From: the human T2T-CHM13v2.0 reference genome, Homo sapiens
DNA length: 64,000 nt
Reading direction: 5' to 3' (one strand)
Assembly (NCBI RefSeq): GCF_009914755.1
Contig: NC_060926.1
The notes beneath the pieces were generated by a model. The model ran no database searches and was not told where the DNA came from. It saw nothing but the letters and a program-made list of their open reading frames with translations. The translations under genes were made by a program, and so were the position numbers. Of the stretch, positions 45,520 through 64,000 are shown one piece after another; the first letter of the stretch is position 1; the number at the start of each line of letters is the position of its first letter.

Positions 45520-45643
45520 TTTTTACTCATCCCATCTTTGCTCACTAATCTGATTTGAAAAGCATCCTCAAACACTTCTTTTAATTCATGTGGAGTGACT
45601 TTGTCAGGCAGGTTCTTGATCAAAAGTGTTTTGGCATTTTGAT
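45520..45643 (-). pseudogene. NCL-paralog exon 8 (124 nt, open frame)
   Basis: DQNAKTLLIKNLPDKVTPHELKEVFEDAFQIRLVSKDGMSKK, 30/42 aa identical to NCL exon 8; atgtag| and |gtatgt. Confidence 0.95.
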
Positions 45644-45821
45644 CTACATAAAAACAAAAGAATATTTTTGGTGAGTTTAGATTTAGTAAGCATCAAAAGT
45701 CCCCTAAGATAGAAAAAATACCCCTCGGGTGGGGCGCAGTGGCTCATGCCTATAATCCCAGCACCTTGGGAGGCCGAGGTGGGCAGATCACGAGGTCAGG
45801 AGATGAAGACCATCCTGGCTA

Positions 45822-46070
<249 letters not shown>

Positions 46071-46573
46071 TCATTAGTTTAACAAATATTTGAACACATA
46101 CTCTGGGGTAGGGCCTGTGCTACATGCTCGCTGTGAAAACACGAACTTGGCCTCTGCTCTCAGGAATGTGTTCTTGTTGGAGAAGACTGGTAAATGAGGG
46201 TCATGTAGTTATAAACTTCGATAAGTGCCAGGATGGACAAGTAAAAGGGGCAATGAGGAAGTCTAGTAGAGAAGTTTACCCTAGTGTGGGGGTAAGGAAA
46301 GAGTTTTCTGATCTGAGGAAGTGATATTTAAGCTAAAACTGGATGGATGGGTTTCAAGTAGCCAGAGACTGAGTCCTGGAAAGAATGTTATGACAGAGAA
46401 AGGTGAGCCATGCAGCTCAAGCACAGGAGAGAGGGCAAGGTGCCACGGAGGCAGGTGGCCTGTCGGAAACTGAGGACTACTTGCATCAAATTAGAAAGAA
46501 TGTGATATTCCTGCCTGACCCAGAATCTTCTAGACACATGGATACCTTTGAACAAATTACCTTGTTTGCATAC

Positions 46574-46996
<423 letters not shown>

Positions 46997-47187
46997 CTAC
47001 AGAGATGTAGAAGAAAAGGGAAAAAGCACACACAGGTAAGATGAAAAGCATATGCCTCTGGTTAGCTAATCACGCTAGCTGTTGGAATAGAAATTAGCAC
47101 TAAGTCACGAGCAGCTGCCTAATTTACAGTTTAAAAGCAAGGCTCCACAAACTGGCAGTCAGTACTATGAAGTAACTATGGAGAACT

Positions 47188-47692
47188 AGTTCTTACCCAG
47201 GGGGCAAGCTTGACAATCTCTAGAGACATTTTTGGCTGTTACAAACAGGGAATCATCTAGTGTCTAATGGGTAGAATCCAGGGAGGTTGCTAAACATCCC
47301 ACAATGAACTGGACAGCCACCATAACATAGAACTGCCCAGCCCAGACCCGGTGCAGTGGCTCATGCCTGCAATCCCAGCACTTTGCGAGGCCAAGGCATG
47401 CAGACTGCTTGAGCTCAGGAGTTTGAGACCAGCCTGGTCAACATGTATTTCCTGTCTCTACAGAAAATACACACACACAAAAATTAGCCAGGCATAGTGG
47501 TACATGCCTGTGGTCCCAGCTAGTCAGGAGGCTGACGTGGGAAGATGGCTTGAGCTGGAGGGCAGGGGTTGCAGTGAGCCGAGATCGCACCATTGCATTC
47601 CAGCCTGGATGAAAGAGCCAGAGGCCCTGTCTCCAAAAAAAAATTGTCCAGCCCAGAATGTCAGTAATGCTGAAGTCAAGAGACCTCGTTCT
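47188..47692. mobile_element. MER20 hAT fossil interrupted by an Alu
   Basis: gacatttttggctgttacaaac...tagtgtctaatgggtagaatccagggagg...gcccagaatgtcagtaatgctgaagtcaagagac. Confidence 0.7.
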
Positions 47693-47755
47693 AGAGCAAG
47701 GACTGAGAATCAGTGCAGAGTTTGCCTATTGACATCTCTATTGGTTTTCTGCTTA

Positions 47756-48090
<335 letters not shown>

Positions 48091-48097
48091 TTATTTA

Positions 48098-48382
<285 letters not shown>

Positions 48383-48938
48383 TCAAAAAAATTTTTTTTT
48401 GGAATTTTTAAGAAACAGGCAGGCCACAGTGAGATCGCACCACTGCACTCTAGCCTGAGCGACAGACGGAGACTGTCTCAAAAAAAAAAATTTTTTTTTT
48501 TAATTTTTAAGAAATAGGCAGGGCACAGTGGCTCACACCTGTAATCCCAGCACTTTGGGAAGCTGAGGTGGAAGGATCACTTGAGCCCAGGAGTTTGAGA
48601 CCAGCCTGAGTAAAATAGCAAGACCCTGTCTCTAAGACTTGGAAGATCTTGGGATTATTTTAATATTTTGGTTGGGAAAATGGGGTAGCAAAGTTTAATA
48701 TAACAGATTTACTAAACATGAGCCACTGAAGGATTTTACATATTCATTTTAAACTGCGAGTGACTGAGGTAAAATCCCACCAAAGGGTGAAGAGCAGGTA
48801 ACAAAAGGACCTGAGAAGACAGCAGCCTATGAACCATCATGAAGTACTACAAAGCTACTGGAACATCTAAATTCTCCAGGAATAGTAAGTGCTGGGCTGA
48901 TATGCTCTTAAAAACCTTCTTAGTTGATTGGTATTTAC

Positions 48939-49080
48939 CTGGACAAGCCAACTTTGACACCAACAACTTCAAGATCATTTTTAGCAAAAAATTCACTGAG
49001 GCCAACTTTTAGTTCAGCAGCAGTTTTGCTGAAATTCAGGTTTCCAACAAACAGTTGGAATGCTACACGTGGTTCAGTTG
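48939..49080 (-). pseudogene. NCL-paralog exon 6 (142 nt, open frame, RNP2 LFVGNL intact)
   Basis: ATEPRVAFQLFVGNLNFSKTAAELKVGLSEFFAKNDLEVVGVKVGLSR, 31/48 aa identical; tgtgtag| and |gtaaat. Confidence 0.95.
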
Positions 49081-49145
49081 CTACACAAAAAGGTAAAAAA
49101 AAAAAAAAAGAACTCAGTTCAGAAAAAGTAGCACTAAAAGAAAAT

Positions 49146-49204
49146 CCACTGAAAATTGTAACACCAAGCTTCTGTAGCAAATCCCATTGTTGCTCATTTG
49201 GGCT
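49146..49204 (-). pseudogene. Decayed SNORD82 paralog in paralog intron 5
   Basis: 49157-49204 aligns to the SNORD82 core at 37/48 nt plus one 3-nt gap; boxes C, D' and D mutated or lost. Confidence 0.75.
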
Positions 49205-49216
49205 AATGGAGACTAA

Positions 49217-49601
<385 letters not shown>

Positions 49602-49607
49602 TGTTAC

Positions 49608-49694
49608 CTTCTAATTTCTGCTTTTTGGCTCCAGGGGACTCTTTCTGATTGGCCATTTCCTTCTTTTGTTTATCAGGTGTTTCTTTGATAGGTT
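49608..49694 (-). pseudogene. NCL-paralog exon 5 (87 nt, open frame)
   Basis: [29 protein letters not shown] vs NCL EPVKEAPGKRKKEMAKQKAAPEAKKQKVE; ccacag| and |gtaaca. Confidence 0.95.
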
Positions 49695-49986
49695 CTGTGG
49701 GTGAAAGCCAGAATATTGCATTTGTAATCAACTGCTTGGGCCACTAATGAGTAAACTGGAAACTTTTATGCTATCCACAAACATCATTCCTAAGCTACAC
49801 TTAATTGTCACAAGACTCATGAGTTGAGTCTGGTCAGGGTACTTTTAAAAGCATTTCTACATTAATAAGAAAGTTATTAAAATTAATAAAATAAATACAA
49901 CAGCCCCTTCTGATGGGCTTCACTTACAACTAGCATTCCATGATGCCAGCCATACTGCTTAACAGGGCTGATTCAGATCATCCGAC

Positions 49987-50118
49987 CTTCCCCCTCCTCC
50001 TCTTCCTCACTGCCTTTGCCACTGCCACTGTCGTCATCCTGTTCATCATCTTCAGCCCTCATGGGAAGGTCTTCTCTAACTTTCATCCCAGCTTTATCTT
50101 TTCCCCCACCCCTAGAAT
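49987..50118 (-). pseudogene. NCL-paralog exon 4 (132 nt, open, acceptor AG lost)
   Basis: DSRGGGKDKAGMKVREDLPMRAEDDEQDDDSGSGKGSEEEEEGE G|gtcgga; upstream ttaggtggcttcccttgcg aligns to NCL ttaggtgacttctctttcag. Confidence 0.8.
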
Positions 50119-50335
50119 CGCAAGGGAAGCCACCTAATCAATTATTACATAGACTAGTTAAGAATGACAAATTCTCCTCTCAGAGAACAATTGTTCTTTT
50201 ATATCTGGCTGTATACAAATATCTAAGAAAAAAATTCACAGCCACTTTAACTTTTATTTTATTTTGAGATAGGGTCTCACTTATGTTGCACAGGCTGGAA
50301 TGCAGTGGTGAGACTACGACTCACTGAGGCCTTGA

Positions 50336-50658
<323 letters not shown>

Positions 50659-51491
50659 TGATCCGCCCACCTCAGCCTCCCAGAGTGCTGGGATTACAGG
50701 TGTGAGCCACCATGCCCACATACCTGGCTAATTTATTAATTTCTTGTAGAGATAGGGTCTCGCCCTGTTGCCCAAGCTGGTCTTGAACTCCTGGCCTCAA
50801 GCGATTCTCCTGCTTCAGCCTCCCAAAGTGCTGGGATTACAGGGTATGAGCCACAACACCCAGCCTCATTTTAACTTTATTATGAAATAATTTTAAATAT
50901 ATTGTTCTTGCATTTTAATAACTATAGTAAGAATTACTGCTTTGGTAGCAATATTTTAAATGTTACACAGACTCCATCAAGACAGAAAAAAACCACTGAA
51001 AATTAAATCTGAGACGACCTACCTGCGTGGATCATAAGCATAAAGACAGAACTCATCAATGTATAGTATTCAAAGAGAAAATTTCTGGGCTAGGCATGGT
51101 GGCTCATGCCTGTAATCCCAGCACTTTGGGGGGCCAAGGTGGGAAGGTCACTTCAGGTCAGGAGTTCAAGATGGCCTGGCCAACATGGCGAAACCCCATC
51201 TCTACTAAAAATACAAAAATTAGCCAGTGTGGTGGTGTGCGCCTGTAGTCCCAGCTACTCAGGAGGCAGAGGCTGCAGTGAGCCAAGACCACACCAATGC
51301 ACTCCAACCTGGGTGACAGAGCAAGACTCTGTCTCAGAAAAAAAAAAAAAAAAAAAAGGAAAAAGAAAAAATCTCTGACTAGGGTCAGGTAGAAAGCAAA
51401 AGTCAAACATCCACTGAGACTCCCCATCAATGAGGCCCATCCCGAAGAATCAGCCGGGAATTGCCAAGGCAGTTTTCAGAGGGATGGATTT

Positions 51492-56001
<4,510 letters not shown>

Positions 56002-56669
56002 CTCATCTTCCCCATCTTCTACCTCCTTTGGGGAAAGACTTATTTTCTTCAGTTCACCTTGACCTTTTTTCCTGCTCAAAATAGACAAGATTATTATTAG
56101 GCACATGACAAGGCCTTCACACATTCCAAGCCAGGCACGTTTTGTCTCTGGTATTTCCAACAGTAAACTGGCATTTGGAATAAACTTATGTTAGGCCTCA
56201 TCTTAACTTTTAATTTTCATTTGGTATCTTTTACTCACACCAGCGAACAGAAAAACAAATACAAAAGGTGATTTTTGATGTTGTAGGTGAGGTCTCCCAT
56301 ACCTCTTCTTTTGCCACAATCGATAAGTGGAAACTCCTTAAGAAAAAAAAAAAAAAAAAAAAAGACAAATTCCCAGGAATTCCTTCCTATTCCTCTCATT
56401 CTGATCCGTCACGTGTTTTCAAGTAACTGTTTAAAAAATATATATATAGTTCCACTACAGACTACTCAAATGGAAGCACATTGGGCCAAAATACAGGGGA
56501 CAAAGGGCCAAAAACAGTACCTGCAATTCAAGTACCTTTACTTCGCCAGTCAGATAATTCTGTGAACTGGGTCAGCGTCCATCACTACCCCCACCAGAAT
56601 TCAGAACACACATGAGTCTATAACCCTCGCTGCCCACAGCAGCCCTTGTCCCTAACAGGTTTTCCTTTA

Positions 56670-57420
56670 AGGCTGTCGCGGTGCGCCCCTGCAAGCCACC
56701 GCGCGTGACGGACGCGGGCACGACGCCTGGGGACAGCCCGAAGAAAACCGCAGGCGCCGACACGCTGGTGACGCCCTCTCAGCTATTGCCCCAGATCCAA
56801 GGCGCGCGGGGAAGACGGCCACGTAAAGATACGGCGCCCTGGTGACTCCGCCTCGCCCAATCAGAGCCCGCGCAACCCCTGAACCAATCCTGAGCCGCGA
56901 CCCTGGGAGGGGCGGGCGGTGCGGGAGCCTGGGGGCGTGAGTCTTGAGCCGGGGTGGAGGGGGGGCCGCACGTGCTGCGCCTGCGCGTGGAGCGGACATT
57001 TTGCTGCGGTCTAGCGCGGGAGGCGGGGTTTTGGGTTCGCTGGTCCAGGTGCGCGCGGTGTCCCAGGTCTTCGCGCCAGGTTGGCGCGGGAGAAGGCCGA
57101 GGTGCCCCAGAGTTCGAGGAGTTGGTGACGGTCACGCGGTGCGACGCTCCATGGCGGAGGGGCAGTCGGAAAGTGAATAGCACTCGTTAAAAGCGACCAG
57201 TCCGTAAGGGCGCGTGTGTCGGCGCCGTTACGGACCCCAGCGCTCGGGGTCGTTAAACCGTTTAAGTCGCGTCCCGCCCAGTGAGGGCTATGTTAGCGTC
57301 CTCGCCGTTTCCAGCCGTGAAGGAGGCACTGAGACGACAGCTGAGGGTCTCTCCGTTAAGGCTGTCGCTGCTGTAGGGGCCCTCGCCCGCTGCGTGTTTG
57401 TGCCACCCAGCGTACTGGGT
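56670..57420. promoter_or_regulatory. CpG island promoter of the NCL paralog/LINC00471, homologous to the NCL promoter
   Basis: acggcgccctggtgactccgc (56831) vs NCL acggcgccctcgtgactccgc (6972); CCAATC boxes and GC box in the same order. Confidence 0.85.
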
Positions 57421-57929
57421 GCTTTTTCAAAATTTTATCATGGACGTCTCAAAACACACGTGTGACTTAGATGGTAAAAGTTTCATTTTTCATTTAAAGA
57501 AGTTGAGGCTCGGTAGTTAAGGTTTAATTCTCCATCACTTAATACTCTCGTAGTTTTTTGAGTTGGACTGTCATGAACATGTGCTCTCACAAGGCCTCAT
57601 GGCCATTAACACCAGTAGCCCCAGTAGGAGGATCAAGCTCCTCGGAGTTAGCCCCATGTTGGAACTTGAACAGTGACACTTTGGGGATATTGTGTGTGTT
57701 TTTAGGGGATAGGGAAGGGTGATCTTGAGTAAGGAGCCCTGGCCTTATCCTAGCTTCAGAAAGACCCAAACTGGGAAAGAATGAGAATAGAAAAAACAAT
57801 CTGCCTACCTGTTTTAGATTTGGTACCTCACCAAACTCTTGTTACCTAGCTAACTTTATGAGATTAGCCCAAATATTTTAAGAAAATATTATATATATCT
57901 GATCAAGAACAACTGAAGAAAAGGCAAAA

Positions 57930-58538
57930 GCCCATTTCATTTAAGAACAGATGCAGGGTTCAAATAAAGTATTAGCAAATTGAATCACCACTCCCTGCCA
58001 GGAAGTATTATTAAAATCAATAACAAGGACAGGATAAGTCACAAGCAAAATCCATAAATGTGCCAAAATATGGCACCTTGGCAGTTGAGAAAACCACAGA
58101 AGCAAGGTCTCTGTAAGTAATCTGCTCCCTCCCATAAAGCAGGGTCATAAAGGAATTCACTGGCCTACCTCATGTGAAGTAGGTTGTAAGACCCTCATTC
58201 CAGAGGAGTCTTGTGCCATACCTGGGGAGGAGAAGTGTCATGCAGAGACGCAAGAAAGAATCTGAGCAAACGGGCCATGCCGAAGTCTCCTCCCACCCCT
58301 ATGTATGACCATTAGATGATGCCCCTTTTGTCCAATCATGTTTCTGCACAACTATCTACTTCTTTCATCAGACTTAGCATAAAAATACAGTTTTCTTTAG
58401 GTCATGGGGTCTTCGTTTCTTAAGGTTCCTGTGTCACATAAGACTTTAAATTTGTTATGCCTTTCTCTCATTAACCTTGTTATAGGGGTGTCAGCCATAA
58501 CCCTTAAGATGGGAGAGGAAAATATTTTCTCCCCTACC
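57930..58538 (+). mobile_element. ERV1-class solo LTR (MER34/MER39-like)
   Basis: ggttcctgtgtcacataagactttaaatttgttatgc...gttataggggtgtcagcc...tttctcccctac 3' end; family and 5' boundary uncertain. Confidence 0.5.
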
Positions 58539-59061
58539 AACGAAATGATGACAGATTTGACCACATTACAATTTACAACTGCTGGATGCAGGAGTTTCTA
58601 TAAACCAGTTTAAAACATAAGGAACAAATTAGAAATATTTGTAACATATACAAAACAAATTTAATATTGTAATATGAATGAAATACAAATCAAGAAAAAA
58701 ACAAAAATGGCTGAAGGATATGAAAAGCCATTTTCAGGAGAAATTTGAGTGGCAAAGAATGAAGACATGCTCAACTATACAACCATTAGGGAAATGCAAC
58801 TTAATAAGATACTTTATCTGTCAGAGTGACAGAAATTACGAGTGTTTGGGGATTGTGGAGAAACTGGTAAAAGGGCAAATTGTTACAAACACTTGGAGAG
58901 AAATTTGGCAGTTTTAGTAAAGGTAAAAATACTCATTCCTTCCTTTAGCAAATCCACTTGCATGTGTCTAACATAGAGAGCATTCAAACTGCTGGAGAGA
59001 CATATACGTTAATCTTTATTGCAAATTTTGGGAGTTTTTTGTTGTTGTTGTTGTTGTTTGA

Positions 59062-59163
<102 letters not shown>

Positions 59164-59672
59164 TGAGTAGCTGGGACCACAGGCATGCATTGGTTAATTT
59201 TTGGGGTTTTTTTTGGGGGGGGTGTTGTTGTTGTTTCTGTAGAGATGGACTTTTGCCATGTTGCCCAGCCTGGTCTTGAACTCCTGGGGTCAAGGGATCC
59301 TCCTGCTTGAAGCCAGGAGTTTGAGACCAGCCTGGGCAACACAGCGAGATCTCATTTCTACCAAAAAAAAAAAAAAAAAATTAGCTGGGTGTGTGCCAGT
59401 AGTCCCAGCTACACAGGAGGCTGAGACAGGAGGATCACTTGAGCCCACCAGGAGGTTGAGACTACAGTGATCCCACCACTGTGCTCCAACCTAGGTAACA
59501 AAGTGAGACCCTGTCTTTAAAAAACAAAAATAAAAAGTGTCTTTTAATTGTTGGTTTGTTTTGAATTAGGATTTTAAAATATCTACACATTACATTTAGT
59601 TGATATGTCTCTTTTTTAAAAAAAAATTTTGAGCTGGAGTCTCCCTCTGTCACCAGGCTGTGCAGTGGCTGA

Positions 59673-59939
<267 letters not shown>

Positions 59940-60256
59940 TAAAAATGCCTTTTATTTGTTGGAGAAACTGTCAGTTGTCCTGTAGAATTGTCTCTAATCT
60001 GGACTTGGTTGACAATCTTGTGGTTCTTTACCATATTCCTTCATCAGTGTTTTTGTAAACTAGAGGCTTGGTTAGATTCAGGTTCAGCTGTTTTGCAAGA
60101 ATTCTTTTTGGTGCTGTGTACTTCTGTAATGTCCCTCTAGGGGGCACTTAACCACTTCAGATCTGGTTGTTCCACATTCAGTGGTGTTAAAATTGATCAG
60201 ACAATTTGAGTGTTGCCAGCTTGATCCATCCAGGATAACCATCAACCTTCCACTAG

Positions 60257-60778
<522 letters not shown>

Positions 60779-62253
60779 TAGTTGGGATTACAGGCGCGTG
60801 CCACCACGCACAGCTAATTTTTGTATTTTTAGTAGAGACAGGGTTTTGCCACGTCGGCCATGCTGGTCTTGAACTCTTGACCTCAGGCGATCCGCCTGCC
60901 TCAGCCTCCCAAAGTGCTGGGATTATAGGCATGAGCCACCGCGCCCAGCCTACTCATTAAATTGAAGGGGGGTAATATGCAGGAAAATGATGGAATCAAA
61001 TTGCCAGAATGTTAACAGCAGTTAATTTGGGTGTTGGGAATGGAAGTAATTTTTTTTGGTGGTTTTTTGTACTTTTTTCAAATTTCCTGAAATGCAAATA
61101 AAAGAAATCCTGCCTGAACACATCTAAAGGAGGTGAGACGAACAGGGAGAAAGACTGGAGGGAAGGTTCCAAGTCCAAGTTCCAGGAAGGGTGGCCAGGG
61201 AAGTCCACGCGCCAGCAGTGATGATAGTGGACCTCAGTTGCTTTGCTTTTGTGTGTGCCTGTCCAGTGTTCATTCTGCCTCCTGACATCCCTCATTCCCT
61301 TTAGGCTCTCCACCTCCTCCCCTGATTCAGTTTTGGTGGAACTGCTTCCCTGGCCAAAGCTCAGGGGCCAGTCAGACCCTTCTCCCCAGGACTTGGGCGC
61401 ATCACCTCCTCCTGGAAGCCTTCCCTCGGCTGGGGCAGGTGCCTCTCTTCGATGCCTGAGTTCCAGCTGTCAAAGCACTTATATGCCAGTATGTTTATCT
61501 GCCCTCTCCTTCACCCCGCCTCAGCCTTGAAAAGTGCCTGGCACATGGTTGGTGCTCAATAAATGTTGGATGAATGATGCCTGTGTTGCTTAGAGCTGAA
61601 GAAGGGGCTTGAATGTTAGATTAAAAGATTCCAGAAACTCTTGTGGATGTTCCATAGGATGTGGCTGCAGCTTCCAGGCTCTCCAGTCTAATTCCAGCCC
61701 ATGGCCTCTTCTTATTGACCAGGGCGCACTTACCCAAGTTCGCCTTCCCTGAGTCCCCACTGTCCCGCACCTATGCGTCAGGCCTTTGATCCTGCCCAGT
61801 CCCCAGTTTTCCTGCCCTGCCTTGTGCAGAAACTTGAATGTTAGGTTGGGGTATTGCCTTGAAGGGGCCACAGAAAGAACATTTACTTTAGAGAGTCACC
61901 ACCATCCTCAGACTACACCTTGTAGATTTAGAAACCTGGACACCATTTGGAACGATGTTGCAGACTGTCAGTGTTTGCCTCTGAGTCTCATTTGTGTGCA
62001 GGCAGATTGTACATTCTTTCTTTAGAAATGTCAGTACCTCTCAGTCCAGTCTGACTTTGGCCTTAGGTCATTCTGACATGTAAGGATAATTAGCAGCAGA
62101 ACCAGGAGTCACAGCTGGGCAGCCCAACCAGAGAGTCCTTGCTCACCACCTCCACACTCCACTCTACTAACTCACAGTGTGTTAGAAGCACACTGGGGTT
62201 CTTTTCTTGTGCTGAAGAGGTTTAGACTGTTAGAAAAATGTAAGTATGAGTCA

Positions 62254-62502
<249 letters not shown>

Positions 62503-63051
62503 CTATAGTTTGCAGTTTAAAAGAAATCAATAATATTTGCTAATCTTAGAAACTGTAAAGATAACTGCTAGTAGAACAAACAGAATGTGTAACCTTCAAG
62601 CCAGTGGATAGATCAGTTAAGGTTCTTGGTTGCAAATGACTCCAGCCAACTTCAGCAGAAAAAGAACTTATTGAAATGCTCTCAGTAGCTCAAATATCAA
62701 CAGGAAGGCAGGAAAAACTGGCTGAGAAAAAGGGCGGAACCCAAGACAGACTGGGCAGGATACTGCTGTCAGTGCTGCTGCCCCTGGACACGCCTGCCCC
62801 TGTTGTTGTGCGTCTTAGTGTCACTTGCTCCAGATACAGGTCCCACGTTGGGTCACCCAGCTGGCTTGGTCCATCATGTACCAATAGATGTCAGCAGTGG
62901 AGAGTGTCCAGAACTCTTTCACCCCTGTAAGTGGGAGACTGGGCTTAGTCTTCCACTGAGTCACACAATGAGAGATTCCCCCCAATAAGAAAGGAGTTCA
63001 AATGCTAGGGTGTGCCCCCTCTCCCCCACAAGGCAACTCCTCTCTACAAGG

Positions 63052-63083
63052 AAATTTGGTATATGTGCTGCTGAAGCCAGCAC
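63052..63083 (-). pseudogene. Second U6 snRNA 5' tailless retrocopy
   Basis: Minus strand GTGCTGGCTTCAGCAGCACATATACCAAATTT; TSD ctacaa(g/a)gaaatttgg at 63044-63059 and 63085-63100. Confidence 0.85.
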
Positions 63084-64000
63084 GCTACAAAGAAATTTGG
63101 AACAAGAACCTGATGGATCCATTAGAAGACAAGAATAGGGAAAGGGGAAGACTTGGAGAAGTGTACAAAAATGAGATAGGCTCCCAGATGCCAGGAATGA
63201 TCTGGAAATGCCACCTGGTAATGAAGAGAACAGATGTGTAGTGCTACACACTTTACCTTTGCTGAGTAGATGCCTAACAGAAGGAAGGGTAGGCATATGC
63301 AGCTTTGTTTGTTGATGAGACTAATCTTGGACTTTCAATTTTCAAGGAAATTAAGCCTTTTTCTGAGAAGGGAAGAATTATTCCAGTGTACTCACCCTCA
63401 GGAACGCTGGCAGAGTAGGGTAGATGAACTGATGGTGGGATCAGAAAAGAAGTGAAGCTCAGAGGAGGCTGATGGATTGGGAGAAAGCCGTCTAGAACCT
63501 GGAAGTCTAGATGAGGTTAAAGAATAAATATGGCCGGATGCAGTGGCTCCCGCCTGTAATCCCAGTACTTTAAGAGGCCAACGGTGGGCAGATTGCTTGA
63601 GCCCAGGAGTTTCAAACCAGCCTGGGCAACATGGCGAGACGGTGCCTCTACAACACAAGAAAAACAATTAGCCAGGCATGGTGATGTGTACCTGTGGTCC
63701 TACTTGAGAGGCTGAGGTGGGAGGATTGCTTGAGGCCAGCAGGTTGACTGCTGCAGTGAGTCATGTTTGTGCCACTGCACTCCTGTCTGGGTGACCAAGC
63801 AAGACCCCATCTCAAACAAAAATAAAAGAATAAATGTGTCATAGGAGCAGAGAGCAGGATAGAGGCAGTAGCAGTCAAGAGCTCACACTTTCTGAAATGG
63901 GAGAGCACCTGGAGGCACAGGGAGTGAGGATGTGACCAAGGGGCTAGGAGACTGGGGTGGGGTCTCCAGAGCTGCAGGAACCATCAGTAGCTGGCACCCA

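Overview
Human (primate) genomic DNA, Alu/L1-dense, recognisable as the nucleolin locus (2q37.1 from recall). The left end holds NCL exons 1-9 on the minus strand (CpG-island promoter ~6.1-7.9 kb, intron-1 E-box cluster, SNORD82 in intron 5). The main observation is at 35.8-57.2 kb: an intron-containing tandem duplicate of NCL in the same orientation. It has a homologous promoter, exons 2-9 (exons 5, 6, 8 and 9 with exactly the NCL lengths and phases) and a decayed SNORD82 in intron 5. I could not find exons 10-14. Instead a near full-length Charlie8-type (GTF2IRD2-like) hAT transposon follows, with a candidate splice acceptor that would join exon 9 in frame to the transposase. This looks like a fossil nucleolin(RRM1-2)-transposase fusion gene. 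In this genome it is broken by a deleted exon-3 donor, a lost exon-4 acceptor, an AluY in exon 7 and several transposase stops/frameshifts. Its 5' remnant corresponds to LINC00471/C2orf52. Also present: an orphan CpG island at 25.2-26.7 kb, a solo LTR13, U2/U6 retrocopies and assorted DNA-transposon fossils. All alignments were done by eye, and family and gene names are from recall, not database searches.
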